DNA of 64,000 nucleotides from Planctomycetota bacterium (GTDB lineage: Bacteria > Planctomycetota > B15-G4 > SIAN01). The notes beneath the pieces were generated by a model that was given only the letters and a program-made list of their open reading frames with translations, had not been told where the DNA came from and searched no databases. Below are positions 11,033 to 20,715 of this stretch, one piece after another; positions within the stretch are counted from its first letter, which is position 1; each line of letters begins with the position of its first letter. The translations under genes were made by a program, and so were the position numbers. The DNA is taken from the NCBI GenBank assembly GCA_031409275.1, contig JANNXA010000055.1, forward strand, positions 384,001-448,000, written 5' to 3'.

Positions 11033-11703
11033 TCGTCCTTCCGTGCGCCGGTCGCGCGACGTTGCCGGTCGGCAAGGTGGTCGCGGTCGGGCGCAACTAC
11101 GCCGACCACGCCAAGGAGATGGGCCAGGCGGCGCGCGACGAAGAGCCGATCCTCTTCTTGAAGCCGGCGAGCGCGCTGGTTCCGGGCGGCGGCGTGATCG
11201 AGCTGCCGCGCCGCAGCCAGCGCGTCCATCACGAGGTCGAACTCGTGGTGCGCGTCGGTCGTGATCTGCGCTGCGGCACCAAAGACGCCGCCGCCGCGGC
11301 GATCGATGCGATCGCCGTCGGCCTCGACCTCACCGCGCGCGACCTCCAGGAGGCGGCCAAGCAGCGCGGCGACCCGTGGGCCGTCGCCAAGGGATTCGAT
11401 CAGTCGGCGCCGATCTCGGCCCTCGTCGCGCTCGACGACCCGCAACTGCTGACAGCGCTCGAGCTGACGCTGCGCGTGAACGGCCAGCTGCGTCAGCGTG
11501 GCGCGACCCGCGATCTCGTGACGCCCGTGGTCGAGCTCGTCGCCTTCGTGTCGAGCCGCTTCCGTCTCGAAGCGGGCGACCTCCTCTTCACCGGTACCCC
11601 GGCCGGGGTCGGCCCGCTCGTCGCTGGCGACATCGTGCACGCCGCGCTGCTTGCCATCGTCACCGATGCGCCGCTCGCAGAGCTCTCGATCAGCTGCCGT
11701 TGA
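11029..11703 (+). CDS. Fumarylacetoacetate hydrolase family protein
   Basis: VGRNYADHAKEM, FLKP, HHEVEL, DLTARDLQ, AKGFD, GDLLFTGTPAGVG; ATG at 11029. Confidence 0.93.
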   Translation: MIVLPCAGRATLPVGKVVAVGRNYADHAKEMGQAARDEEPILFLKPASALVPGGGVIELPRRSQRVHHEVELVVRVGRDLRCGTKDAAAAAIDAIAVGLDLTARDLQEAAKQRGDPWAVAKGFDQSAPISALVALDDPQLLTALELTLRVNGQLRQRGATRDLVTPVVELVAFVSSRFRLEAGDLLFTGTPAGVGPLVAGDIVHAALLAIVTDAPLAELSISCR

Positions 11704-12679
11704 CCGCGCCGACGCCGTCCGACCGATTCCGCTCGGAAGCAACCGCCACCGCGTTCGCAGCGTCCGCTTCCGCCATTCGCGGTGCATCCCGCGCGAGCCA
11801 GGCGAGCAGCCGCTCCTCGGTTCCCAGGTCGGTCCAACCCACCGCCGCGGGCAGCGCCAAGGCGCCGAGCGAAGTCGCGGTGCCGATCACGTCGGCCGAG
11901 AAGTTGTGGTTCTGCAGTTCGCCATAGTCGCGCCGCCACGCGTCAGTTCCCGTATCGCTCCGCGCGCACAGCGCCTCCATGGCGGCCGTGAGGTCGGGCA
12001 GCCGCGACCGGAAAAGGCGCAGCAACGAGTCGACCGTGGCCACCAGGAGCATCGTGTTCCACCACGCTCGACCGCTCGCGAAGAGCTGTTCCGCCATGGC
12101 GCCGTCGGGCTTCTCGACGAATCGCTCGACCGCCGAGATCGCGGGCGCTGTCTCCAGCGGAGCGCCGCGCACGATCCAGCCGTAGTCGCGATTGGCCGCG
12201 TGCGGCGTCGCGCCGATCAGCAGCAGACGCTCCGGCGTCGTCGCGACCGATTGCGCCGCCTGGCGCAGCACGCGCCGGAACTGCGCTTCGTCGACGATCC
12301 CGTGATCGGACGCCGCGAGCAGGACGCGCGCGTTGGGAGCCCGGGCGGCGAGGTGCAGCAGCGGAAGGAGGACGCCGGCCGCGGTACCGCGATCGCACGG
12401 CTGCTCCACGAGGTGCACGCCACGAGCGGTGACGAGTTGCGCCTGCGCGCACGCGACCTGCGAGCGATCGACGACGACCGTCGTGCGGCGCGCCGGGACG
12501 AGCGGCGCGAGGCGATCGAGAGTCTGCTGCAGCAGCGAGCGCTGGCCCGCGAAGCGGCAGAACTGCTTGGGGATCGCGGCGCCAAAGAGGCGAGTGGTGA
12601 GCGCCTCGAGGCGGCGACCGAACCCGCCGGCAAGGATCACGGCGTGCAGTTCACCGAACGATCCCGTTCCCTCGTCCAT
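11690..12679 (-). CDS. Sugar-phosphate nucleotidyltransferase (mannose-1-phosphate guanylyltransferase-like)
   Basis: VILAGG.G.RL, PKQF, EQPCDRGTA, SDH, YGWI, FVEKP, GWTDLGT. Confidence 0.85.
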   Translation of the reverse strand: MDEGTGSFGELHAVILAGGFGRRLEALTTRLFGAAIPKQFCRFAGQRSLLQQTLDRLAPLVPARRTTVVVDRSQVACAQAQLVTARGVHLVEQPCDRGTAAGVLLPLLHLAARAPNARVLLAASDHGIVDEAQFRRVLRQAAQSVATTPERLLLIGATPHAANRDYGWIVRGAPLETAPAISAVERFVEKPDGAMAEQLFASGRAWWNTMLLVATVDSLLRLFRSRLPDLTAAMEALCARSDTGTDAWRRDYGELQNHNFSADVIGTATSLGALALPAAVGWTDLGTEERLLAWLARDAPRMAEADAANAVAVASERNRSDGVGAVNGS

Positions 12680-12831
12680 GGAGATCTCCAGAGCGGCCAA
12701 GCCGCTCTTCGGAAAAGGTTGCCCAAGGACTGAAGCGGTTCTGGGAAATGGTTCCCCCCGAGCGTCGTGACCCCGACTTTCGCCTCCCATCCAGAGCGCC
12801 CGTCGGGCTCGCCTCCGAGGGCGGAAGGACG

Positions 12832-12875
12832 CTTCACTCGGCCTTCACGGACGCTTCATGAAACGGCCGTAGGTT
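12832..12875 (+). promoter_or_regulatory. Pho-box-like promoter of pstS
   Basis: CTTCAC (12832), CTTCAC (12843), CTTCAT (12854) at 11-bp period, then 10 bp, then TAGGTT (-10-like). Confidence 0.8.
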
Positions 12876-12918
12876 CCGCACCGTGAAAACAGGAACCTCA
12901 AGACTCATGGAGCCCCGA

Positions 12919-13956
12919 ATGATGGTTCGCAAGAGCCTCTGGCTGTCGGCCGCGACTGCGCTGTGCGGTGCCGTGGCCCTCTCCGTCTGCGTTCCGGCAC
13001 AGGAAGTCGCGACCGTCGCGAAGGCCGCGAAGGCCGCGCGCCCCGATGACGCGCAGGCGAAGGTCGATTCGAGCCTGCCGCAATACGGCAAGGTCGCCGG
13101 CATCTCCGGCAACTTGAACTCGATCGGCTCCGACACGCTGAACAACCTGATGACGCTGTGGACCGAGGGCTTCAAGAGCCAGTACCCGAGCGTGCGCATC
13201 CAGGTCGAAGGCAAGGGTTCGAGCACGGCGCCGCCGGCGCTGATCGCCGGCACGGCGCAGCTCGGTCCGATGAGCCGCGAGATGAAGTCCTCCGAGATCG
13301 ACGATTTCGAAGGGCGCTACGGCTACAAGCCGACCCTGATCCGCGTCGCCATCGATGCGCTCGCGGTCTATGTCCACAAGGACAACCCGATCGAGAAGCT
13401 GACCCTCGCGCAGGTCGACGCGATGTTCGGCAAGCAGCGCAAGCAGGGCCTGTCGAAGAGCATCGAGACTTGGGGCGACCTCGGACTGACCGGCGATTGG
13501 GCCGCGCTTCCGATCAGCCTCTATGGCCGCAACTCGGCGTCGGGCACGTACGGCTTCTTCAAGGAGCACGTGCTGAAGAACGGCGACTACAAGGATCAGG
13601 TCAAGGAGCAGCCGGGGTCGGCGTCGGTCGTTCTGGGCGTGACCGAGGATCGCGGCAGCGTCGGCTACAGCGGCATCGGCTACAAGACCTCGGGTGTCCG
13701 CGCCGTGCCGCTGGCGAAGGATGACGCGACGCCGGCCGGCGACGTCAGCGCCTCGTCGGTCTACGCCGGCAAGTACCCGATCACCCGCTTCCTCTACGTC
13801 TACGTCAATCGTGCGCCGAACAAGCCGCTCGACCCGCTGGTCAAGGAGTTCCTCACTTTCGTGTTGTCGCAACAGGGACAGCAGGGCGTGCTGAAGGACG
13901 GCTACCTGCCACTGACCGCGAAGATCGACGCGGAGGAGCTGAAGAAGCTGCAGTGA
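12919..13956 (+). CDS. pstS: Phosphate ABC transporter substrate-binding protein
   Basis: Signal peptide; GSDTL, GKGSSTA, MSR, YGRNSASGT, YPITRFLYVY; GGAG upstream of ATG 12919. Confidence 0.95.
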   Translation: MMVRKSLWLSAATALCGAVALSVCVPAQEVATVAKAAKAARPDDAQAKVDSSLPQYGKVAGISGNLNSIGSDTLNNLMTLWTEGFKSQYPSVRIQVEGKGSSTAPPALIAGTAQLGPMSREMKSSEIDDFEGRYGYKPTLIRVAIDALAVYVHKDNPIEKLTLAQVDAMFGKQRKQGLSKSIETWGDLGLTGDWAALPISLYGRNSASGTYGFFKEHVLKNGDYKDQVKEQPGSASVVLGVTEDRGSVGYSGIGYKTSGVRAVPLAKDDATPAGDVSASSVYAGKYPITRFLYVYVNRAPNKPLDPLVKEFLTFVLSQQGQQGVLKDGYLPLTAKIDAEELKKLQ

Positions 13957-13991
13957 CCCCACGCGGGTAACGACTGAGCCAGCGTCTCCTG

Positions 13992-14024
13992 GCGCGCCCG
14001 GACCCAGCGTCGGTCCGGGCGCGC
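13992..14024 (+). terminator. Strong stem-loop between pstS and pstC (mRNA-stabilising or attenuating hairpin)
   Basis: 13-bp perfect stem GCGCGCCCGGACC / GGTCCGGGCGCGC with a 7-nt loop; no U-tract. Confidence 0.6.
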
Positions 14025-14067
14025 ACTCCTCATCGACTGTGACCGCCGCGAGCCTCCCCCACTGAGC

Positions 14068-16332
14068 ATGGCGAACGATTCCGACGACTCGACCGCAGCC
14101 GCCGAGCGCGCCACCGCGCGCTCCACTGCGGCGCCCTCGCCGCGCCTGAAGCAGCGGCGCCGTCGCGATCGACTGGCGCGTTCCGTCGTCGTCGCCGGCG
14201 GGCTCGCGATCATCACCAGCGTTCTCGGGATTTTCCTGTTCCTGGTCGCGCAGGTGATGCCGCTGCTGACGGGGGCGAGCGTCGAGCCCAGCGGCTCGAT
14301 CGCGGCCCCCCAAAGCGCCCCCCTCGCCCTTGTCAGCGACGAGCAGTCGAGTCACATCGCGCTGCTCGGCGCCGATGGGGCTCTGCGGATCGTCCGCCAG
14401 GCCGACGGCGCAAGCGTGCTGGAACAGCCGATGTTCGCCGCTGCCGCCGATGGCGAGAACGCCGCCGTCACGTGCGGCGGCCCGCTCTTCGGTCAACCGG
14501 GGTTCGTGGCCGGCAGCCGTGACGGTCGCGTCGCCTTCGCCGCGATCGACTTCGTCGTCGATCATCGCGACGACGGCGACGTCGTGACCCCGAAGGTCGC
14601 CCCGATCGTCGAGTTCGAGGTCGATCCGAGCCGCCAGCCGATCCAGGTGTGCGCGGCGAGTGCGCGCGGCCTCTCCTCCGCGATCGTCGCTCAGCTCGCC
14701 GATGGAACGCTGCTGTTCTGTGAGCGAGCGGTCGAAGAGAACCTCTTCAGCGGAGAGCAGACTGCGACCACCGAGCGTCGCCCGCTGTCGGCGCCGTGCG
14801 CGCTGACCCGACTCGTCCTCGACGCGCGCCGCGAGAACCTCTTCGCCGCCACCGTCGACGGACGTCTGTTGTGGTGGAACCTGGTGGACCGCACGTCCGC
14901 CGAACCGCGCGTTCGCAGCGTCGGTGCGCCGATCAGCGCGCTCACGTTGCTGATCGGCGACCAGAGCCTCGTGATCGGCCAGGACGACGGGGCGCTGTCG
15001 ATCTGGAATCGAGTGCAGCCGGAGGGCGAGGCGCTCCAGCTCATGCGGACCCACGAGTTCCCGCGGCGCGGCAGCCGCGTGCGGCTGCTGGCGCCGTCGT
15101 GGCGCAACCGACTCTTCCTCGCCGTCGAGGAGAGCGGCGCGCTGATGGTCGGCTACTCGACGACGACGCGGGTCGTATGGGAGGGTGCCGCGCCGATCGC
15201 AGGGACGACTGCCGCCACGATCTCCCCGAAGAACGACGCGCTCCTGCTGGCAGCGAGCGGACGAGTCGAGCGTCTCGCGTTCGAGTGCCGCCATCCCGAG
15301 GCGGGATTCGGGGCCTTCTTCGGCAAGGTCTGGTACGAGGGCTACGCGCATCCCGAGCACATCTGGCAATCGAGCTCGGGCAGCGACGAGGCGGAGTCGA
15401 AGTTCAGCCTCACGCCGCTCCTGTTCGGAACGCTGAAGGCGACGCTCTTCTCGCTGCTCTTCGCGGTCCCATTGGCGCTGCTGGCGGCGATGTACACCTC
15501 GCAGTTCATGCATTGGTCGCTGCGCCGCTACGTCAAACCCGCCGTCGAGATGATGGCGTCGCTGCCGAGCGTCGTGCTGGGCTTCCTGGCCGGACTATGG
15601 CTGGCGCCGCGCGTCGCCGACTACTTCCTCGGCGTGCCGCTCTTCCTCGTGCTGGCTCCGTTGGCGATCCTCGCCGCGGGCCGACTCGGCGAGCGGCTGC
15701 CGTCGAGTTGGCGCCACCGCTTCCCCGACGGGATCGCCTCGCTCGCGTTCATCGCCGTCCTCGCCCTCACGCTGGGAGCGACGTTGCTGCTGGCGCGACC
15801 GCTCGAGGTGGCGTGGTTTCGCGGCGACTTCGTGGCGTGGATGCGCGCCGTGCTCGGACTCAACTACGACCAGAAGAACTGCGTCGTGCTCGGGTTGGCG
15901 ATGGGTGTCGCCGTCATCCCGATCATCTTCGCGATCGCGGAGGATGCCTTCTCCAACGTCCCGAAGAGCCTCGTCTCGGGCTCGCTCGCGCTGGGCGCTG
16001 ACCGCTGGTACACGGTGACGCGAGTCGTGCTGCCGACCGCAAGCCCCGGCCTCTTCTCGGCGGTAATGATCGGGTTCGGTCGCGCCGTGGGCGAGACGAT
16101 GATCGTGGTGATGGCGTCGGGCAACACGCCGATCATGGATTGGAACCTGTTCAACGGCTTGCGCAGCTTGTCGGCCAACATCGCGACCGAGATCCCCGAA
16201 GCGGCGCAGGGCACGACCTTCTATCGCACCCTCTTCCTCGCGGCGGTGCTGCTCTTCGCGCTGACGTTCGCCGCCAACACCGCCGCCGAGCTGGTCCGCC
16301 AGCATCTGCGCGAGAAGTACGCTCGCCTGTGA
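14068..16332 (+). CDS. pstC: Phosphate ABC transporter permease PstC, long form with beta-propeller-like periplasmic insert
   Basis: Core 'KPAVEMMASLPSVVLGF', 'GSLALGA', 'GRAVGETMIVVMASGN'; about 400-aa insert after TM1. Confidence 0.93.
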   Translation: MANDSDDSTAAAERATARSTAAPSPRLKQRRRRDRLARSVVVAGGLAIITSVLGIFLFLVAQVMPLLTGASVEPSGSIAAPQSAPLALVSDEQSSHIALLGADGALRIVRQADGASVLEQPMFAAAADGENAAVTCGGPLFGQPGFVAGSRDGRVAFAAIDFVVDHRDDGDVVTPKVAPIVEFEVDPSRQPIQVCAASARGLSSAIVAQLADGTLLFCERAVEENLFSGEQTATTERRPLSAPCALTRLVLDARRENLFAATVDGRLLWWNLVDRTSAEPRVRSVGAPISALTLLIGDQSLVIGQDDGALSIWNRVQPEGEALQLMRTHEFPRRGSRVRLLAPSWRNRLFLAVEESGALMVGYSTTTRVVWEGAAPIAGTTAATISPKNDALLLAASGRVERLAFECRHPEAGFGAFFGKVWYEGYAHPEHIWQSSSGSDEAESKFSLTPLLFGTLKATLFSLLFAVPLALLAAMYTSQFMHWSLRRYVKPAVEMMASLPSVVLGFLAGLWLAPRVADYFLGVPLFLVLAPLAILAAGRLGERLPSSWRHRFPDGIASLAFIAVLALTLGATLLLARPLEVAWFRGDFVAWMRAVLGLNYDQKNCVVLGLAMGVAVIPIIFAIAEDAFSNVPKSLVSGSLALGADRWYTVTRVVLPTASPGLFSAVMIGFGRAVGETMIVVMASGNTPIMDWNLFNGLRSLSANIATEIPEAAQGTTFYRTLFLAAVLLFALTFAANTAAELVRQHLREKYARL

Positions 16333-18008
16333 CCGCCGACACGCCTCCCCCCACCGCTTCCGGCAAGGCCGATGCCGTCCCGCGCCGTCGTGGCGCGCGC
16401 GGCCGCGCATTCATCTGGCTCTGTGGCGGCGCGCTCGCCTTCAACCTCCTGCTCGTGGTGGGCCAGCTCGCGCTGATCGGCTGGAACGGCATGTCCTACT
16501 TCTGGCAGCGCGAGCTCGTCGCCTTCGAGCTCACCGATGGCACGCGCCTGCTCGGCGAAGTGCACGCGAGGGAGACGTTTCGCCCCACCGATCTGCCCGC
16601 CGAAGCGACGCTTCCCTGGCGCGTGCAGGTCAAGGTGGCCAACCGCGAGCTGACCGGCGCCGACTTCGTCTGGATCGACGAACGGCTCATCGCGAACCAA
16701 GAGCGGCCGGCGGATGCGCTCCACTTCGAGCGTGCCGAATGGGGCAACTTCCACGGCTTCCTGCGCGAGGTGTGGCGCGGCGACGAGCTGCTGGCGAGCG
16801 GCGCCGCCGCGTGGCCGCTCCTGCAGGAGCAAATGGCGCAGAAGGCGGCGCAACGCGCGCAGCTGCTCGACCTCGAGAAGGGCGACCTCGGCGACGTGAA
16901 CCACGAACTCGAGGCGCTGCGCCTCGCGCGACGCCGGCTCGAGCTCGATGCACCGCCGGAGTCGGAGCGGGCGCGGATCGCGGCCGACCTCGACGCCCGC
17001 CACGAGCTCCTTGACGAGCGCTTCGCCGACCTCTCGACGCGTCTGGTCGAGCTGCGCACGCAGCTCGACTCGGTTCGCGTGGTGTGCGTCGCCGCCGACG
17101 GCCAGAGCAAAGAGCTGCCGGTCGGCGGATTGCTGCACGCGCTCCGACCCAACGAGATGTCGCTCGCGGCGAAGCTCCTCGAGTACGGGCGCCGCATCCT
17201 GAGCTTCCTGATCGACGATCCGCGTGAGTCGAACACCGAGGGCGGCATCTTTCCGGCCATCTTCGGCACCGTGATGATGGTCTTCCTGATGTCGATCGCG
17301 GTGGTGCCGCTGGGCGTGCTCGCGGCGCTCTACCTGCGCGAGTACTCGCGCCAGGGGACGCTGGTGCGTTGCGTGCGCATCGCGGTGAACAACCTCGCCG
17401 GCGTGCCATCGATCGTCTTCGGGATCTTCGGGCTCGGTTTCTTCGTCTACGGAATCGGCGGAACCATCGACCAGCTCTTCTTCCCCGAGGCGCTGCCGCA
17501 GGCGACCTTCGGCACCGGCGGCATCCTCTGGGCCGCGCTCACGCTTGCCTTGCTGACCGTGCCGGTGGTGATCGTCGCCACCGAAGAGGGGTTGGCCGCG
17601 GTGCCGCGCGCGGTGCGCGAAGGGTCGCTCGCATTGGGCGCGACCAAGTTCGAAACGATCTGGCGCGTCGTGCTGCCGGCGGCGGCGCCGGGCCTGTTGA
17701 CCGGCGTGATCCTCGCCATCGCGCGCGCCGCCGGCGAGGTCGCGCCGCTCATGATCGTCGGCATGGTGAAGCTCGCCCCCGCGCTGCCGATTGACCACCA
17801 CGCCCCGTTCCTCCACCTCGACCGCAAGTTCATGCATCTCGGTTTCCACATCTTCGACGTCGGGTTCCAGAGTCCCGACGTCGAGGCCACCAAGCCGCTG
17901 GTGGTCGCCACGGCGCTGGTGCTGCTGGTGCTGGTCGTCGCCATGAACGTGGTCGCCATCACGCTTCGCAACCGCCTGCGCAGCCGCTACGCCGGCAGCG
18001 CGCTCTGA
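16329..18008 (+). CDS. pstA: Phosphate ABC transporter permease PstA, long form with coiled-coil insert
   Basis: '[17 protein letters not shown]', '[12 protein letters not shown]', '[11 protein letters not shown]', '[10 protein letters not shown]'; GTGA overlap with pstC. Confidence 0.93.
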   Translation: MTADTPPPTASGKADAVPRRRGARGRAFIWLCGGALAFNLLLVVGQLALIGWNGMSYFWQRELVAFELTDGTRLLGEVHARETFRPTDLPAEATLPWRVQVKVANRELTGADFVWIDERLIANQERPADALHFERAEWGNFHGFLREVWRGDELLASGAAAWPLLQEQMAQKAAQRAQLLDLEKGDLGDVNHELEALRLARRRLELDAPPESERARIAADLDARHELLDERFADLSTRLVELRTQLDSVRVVCVAADGQSKELPVGGLLHALRPNEMSLAAKLLEYGRRILSFLIDDPRESNTEGGIFPAIFGTVMMVFLMSIAVVPLGVLAALYLREYSRQGTLVRCVRIAVNNLAGVPSIVFGIFGLGFFVYGIGGTIDQLFFPEALPQATFGTGGILWAALTLALLTVPVVIVATEEGLAAVPRAVREGSLALGATKFETIWRVVLPAAAPGLLTGVILAIARAAGEVAPLMIVGMVKLAPALPIDHHAPFLHLDRKFMHLGFHIFDVGFQSPDVEATKPLVVATALVLLVLVVAMNVVAITLRNRLRSRYAGSAL

Positions 18009-18033
18009 TGCGTGCCGCACAGGAGCCGCCGAA

Positions 18034-18825
18034 ATGACCGCGCCGAACCGTGCCGCTGCCGAAACTCCCGAACCGGCGATCCTCGAAGTCGAGCAGCTGC
18101 GCCTCTCGTACGGATCCTCGCCGGCGCTGCACGGCATCAGTCTCGCGATCCCGCGCCGGCAGATCACCGCCTTCATCGGGCCATCAGGTTGCGGCAAGTC
18201 GACGCTGCTGCGCTGCTTCAACCGCATGAACGACCTCGTCGACGGCGTTCGCATCGAGGGCGAGGTGCGCTTCGAGGGGCGCTCGATCCTCGGGCCCGAC
18301 GTCGAGGTGAACGAGCTGCGCAAGCGCATCGGGATGGTGTTCCAGAAGAGCAACCCCTTTCCGAAGTCGATCTACGAGAACGTCGCCTACGGTCCGCGCG
18401 TTCACGGCACCAAGCGCGCGTCCGATCTCGACGACATCGTCGAGGAGAGCCTGCGCGGCGCGGCGCTTTGGGACGAAGTGAAGGACCGGTTGCACGAGAG
18501 CGCGCTCGGCATGTCGGGAGGCCAGCAGCAGCGCCTCTGCATCGCGCGCGCGATCGCGGTGCGGCCGGAGGTGATCCTCCTCGATGAGCCGTGCTCCGCG
18601 CTCGACCCGGTGGCGACCGCCAAGGTCGAGGACCTGATGCTCGAGCTGAAGAAGCAGTTCACCCTGGTGATCGTCACCCACAACATGCAGCAGGCTTCGC
18701 GCGTGAGCGACCTCACCGCCTTCCTGTACATCGGGCGCCTGATCGAGTTCGGCCGCACCGAACAACTGTTCGTCAAGCCGCGCGAGAAGCAGACCGAGGA
18801 CTACATCACCGGCCGCTTCGGCTGA
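18034..18825 (+). CDS. pstB: Phosphate ABC transporter ATP-binding protein
   Basis: [41 protein letters not shown]. Confidence 0.97.
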   Translation: MTAPNRAAAETPEPAILEVEQLRLSYGSSPALHGISLAIPRRQITAFIGPSGCGKSTLLRCFNRMNDLVDGVRIEGEVRFEGRSILGPDVEVNELRKRIGMVFQKSNPFPKSIYENVAYGPRVHGTKRASDLDDIVEESLRGAALWDEVKDRLHESALGMSGGQQQRLCIARAIAVRPEVILLDEPCSALDPVATAKVEDLMLELKKQFTLVIVTHNMQQASRVSDLTAFLYIGRLIEFGRTEQLFVKPREKQTEDYITGRFG

Positions 18826-18944
18826 GAGACGCCGCGCGTCCGGCGGCGGCGCTGGACCATCCGCGCCCGGGACGACGGGTGCTGCGCTGGCGTCGGCGGC
18901 TCGAACGCGGCAATCTCGCGGCGTCTCGGGAACCCGCGCGGGAG

Positions 18945-19946
18945 ATGCTTCTCATGTGGTTGCCGCTCGTCCTCTCCTTCTGTGCCGCATTCGCGGCGCT
19001 CGGCGACTGCCCGGAATGCAAGGTCGACGATCTCTGCGCCAGCCACCAGGAGAGCGACAGCAAGGCGCTCGACGCGGCACGCGGAAAGATCCGCTCGAAG
19101 GACCTCGTCGAACGGCTCGCGGCGATTGATGCCGCCGCGGCGCTCACCAAGCAACACGAGAACGCGCCGAGCCGCGCGGTCGCGGACCTGCTGGCCGTCG
19201 CGCTCGTCGACAAGGATTGGGGCGTACGCACGAAGGTCGTCGAGAAGCTGCTCGACGGCCAGCACGCCGACGCCACGGTCAAGGCGCTGGTCGAGGCGCT
19301 CGACGGCGTGCGTGCCGAGTTCGCGAAGGTCGGCAAGAACAACGACCGCAGCGCCGGCGCCGGCTCGATCATGACGCCCGACGGCTTGGGCTACGCCGCG
19401 GCACTGATCGATGGACTGGGCGCGCTTGCCGATGACCGCTGCACCAATGCGCTCGTCGATGTCCTGAAGCAGCTCGGCCCCGATGCCCCCAGTGAGTTCG
19501 CGCAGCCGCTCGCGAAGGCGCTGCTGGCGCTGGGTTCGCGGCCGGCAATCGAAGCCGTGATCGATCGACTGGTCGCTGCCGAAGGGTCGCGCAGCAAAGC
19601 TCGTTCAGGCGGCGGCGCGGGCGGTGGCGGCGCCGGAGGCGGCGGCAAAGGCGGCGGCGGTTCGGGCGGGGGCGGTTCGGGCGGCGGTGGCGGCAAGAAC
19701 GACCGGCCGAAAAACGGCGATCGCGACGGCGACGGCCGCCGCGATCAAGCCGCCGACGAGGGGCAGCGGCGCATGATCCATGACGGGCTGGCCAAGATCG
19801 CGGCCGACAAGGAGCTCGACGGCGTGCCGGCGTTCGACGACCAGGTCGCACAGCATTGGCGCGACTGGTTCGAGAAGAAGGCGGCCAAGTTCCCGGCCAA
19901 GCTCGGCAAACTCGGCAGCGAAGCGGTCAAGCGCAAGAGCGGTTGA
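18945..19946 (+). CDS. Exported HEAT-repeat hypothetical protein with Gly-rich insertion
   Basis: Signal-like N-terminus, CPECK...LC..H, helical HEAT-like repeats (D.DWGVR), poly-Gly stretch at about 19608-19693; start 18945 or 18954. Confidence 0.6.
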   Translation: MLLMWLPLVLSFCAAFAALGDCPECKVDDLCASHQESDSKALDAARGKIRSKDLVERLAAIDAAAALTKQHENAPSRAVADLLAVALVDKDWGVRTKVVEKLLDGQHADATVKALVEALDGVRAEFAKVGKNNDRSAGAGSIMTPDGLGYAAALIDGLGALADDRCTNALVDVLKQLGPDAPSEFAQPLAKALLALGSRPAIEAVIDRLVAAEGSRSKARSGGGAGGGGAGGGGKGGGGSGGGGSGGGGGKNDRPKNGDRDGDGRRDQAADEGQRRMIHDGLAKIAADKELDGVPAFDDQVAQHWRDWFEKKAAKFPAKLGKLGSEAVKRKSG

Positions 19947-20646
19947 GTTCGCGCGATTCGCCCGGCGCCGCGGCGTCGTCACAGCAGCCTTCGCCGCGCA
20001 GCCATCGGCAGCACGGCGTCGCGCACCATGCGCCGACGCAGGGCGCCACGAGGTAGATCCAGAGCCCGTCGAGGCGGCCGGAAACGAGCGCCGGCGCCAG
20101 CGACCGCGCCGGGTTCATCGAGGCGCCGGTGAGCGGCCCCGCGACCAGCGCCGCAAGGAAGACGAAGGAGCCGATCGACAGCGCCGACGAAGTGCCGCGT
20201 TCCTTCGAGCCGTGCGCGACACAGAGGATCACCACCATCAGCAGGAAGGTGATCACCATCTCGACGACGAAGCTGCGCCCCACTCCGAACTTCGGCAGCG
20301 TGGCGCCGAGCGTCGAGTGGTCCTGGAAACCGGCGCGCAAGAGCAGGCTCGCCGAAACGGCGCCGACGAGTTGCGCGACGACGTACGGAACGACCTCACG
20401 CCACGGGAAGCGGCCGGCACGCGCGAAGCCCAGCGTCACCGCTGGATTCAGGTGAGCGCCCGAGCGATCCCCGACCGTCTCGATCATGGCGAGGACGATC
20501 AGGCCGAACGCGAGCGAGACGCCCAGATGCGTGACGCAGCCGCCGTGAACGTCATCGACCACGATCGCGCCGGTGCCCACCAGCAACAGGCAGAAGGTGC
20601 CGAACGCTTCGGCACCGAGGCGCCTTGGGAGGGAGCTCTCTTCCAT
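19927..20646 (-). CDS. Aquaporin / MIP family channel with Cys-rich C-terminus
   Basis: AEAFGTF, SGAHLNPAVT and GASMNPARS (two NPA boxes); tail PCCRWLRGEGCC. Confidence 0.92.
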   Translation of the reverse strand: MEESSLPRRLGAEAFGTFCLLLVGTGAIVVDDVHGGCVTHLGVSLAFGLIVLAMIETVGDRSGAHLNPAVTLGFARAGRFPWREVVPYVVAQLVGAVSASLLLRAGFQDHSTLGATLPKFGVGRSFVVEMVITFLLMVVILCVAHGSKERGTSSALSIGSFVFLAALVAGPLTGASMNPARSLAPALVSGRLDGLWIYLVAPCVGAWCATPCCRWLRGEGCCDDAAAPGESRELNRSCA

Positions 20647-20715
20647 GGCGCGCACCATAAGCGACGGCGCGCCCGCAACCGCCGCAGCGGCTACGGGCGC
20701 GCCGTCGGTTGAATC

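Noticed and set aside
19608..19693. GGC-rich repeat as CRISPR or mobile repeat
   Set aside because: In-frame poly-Gly codons with no spacers
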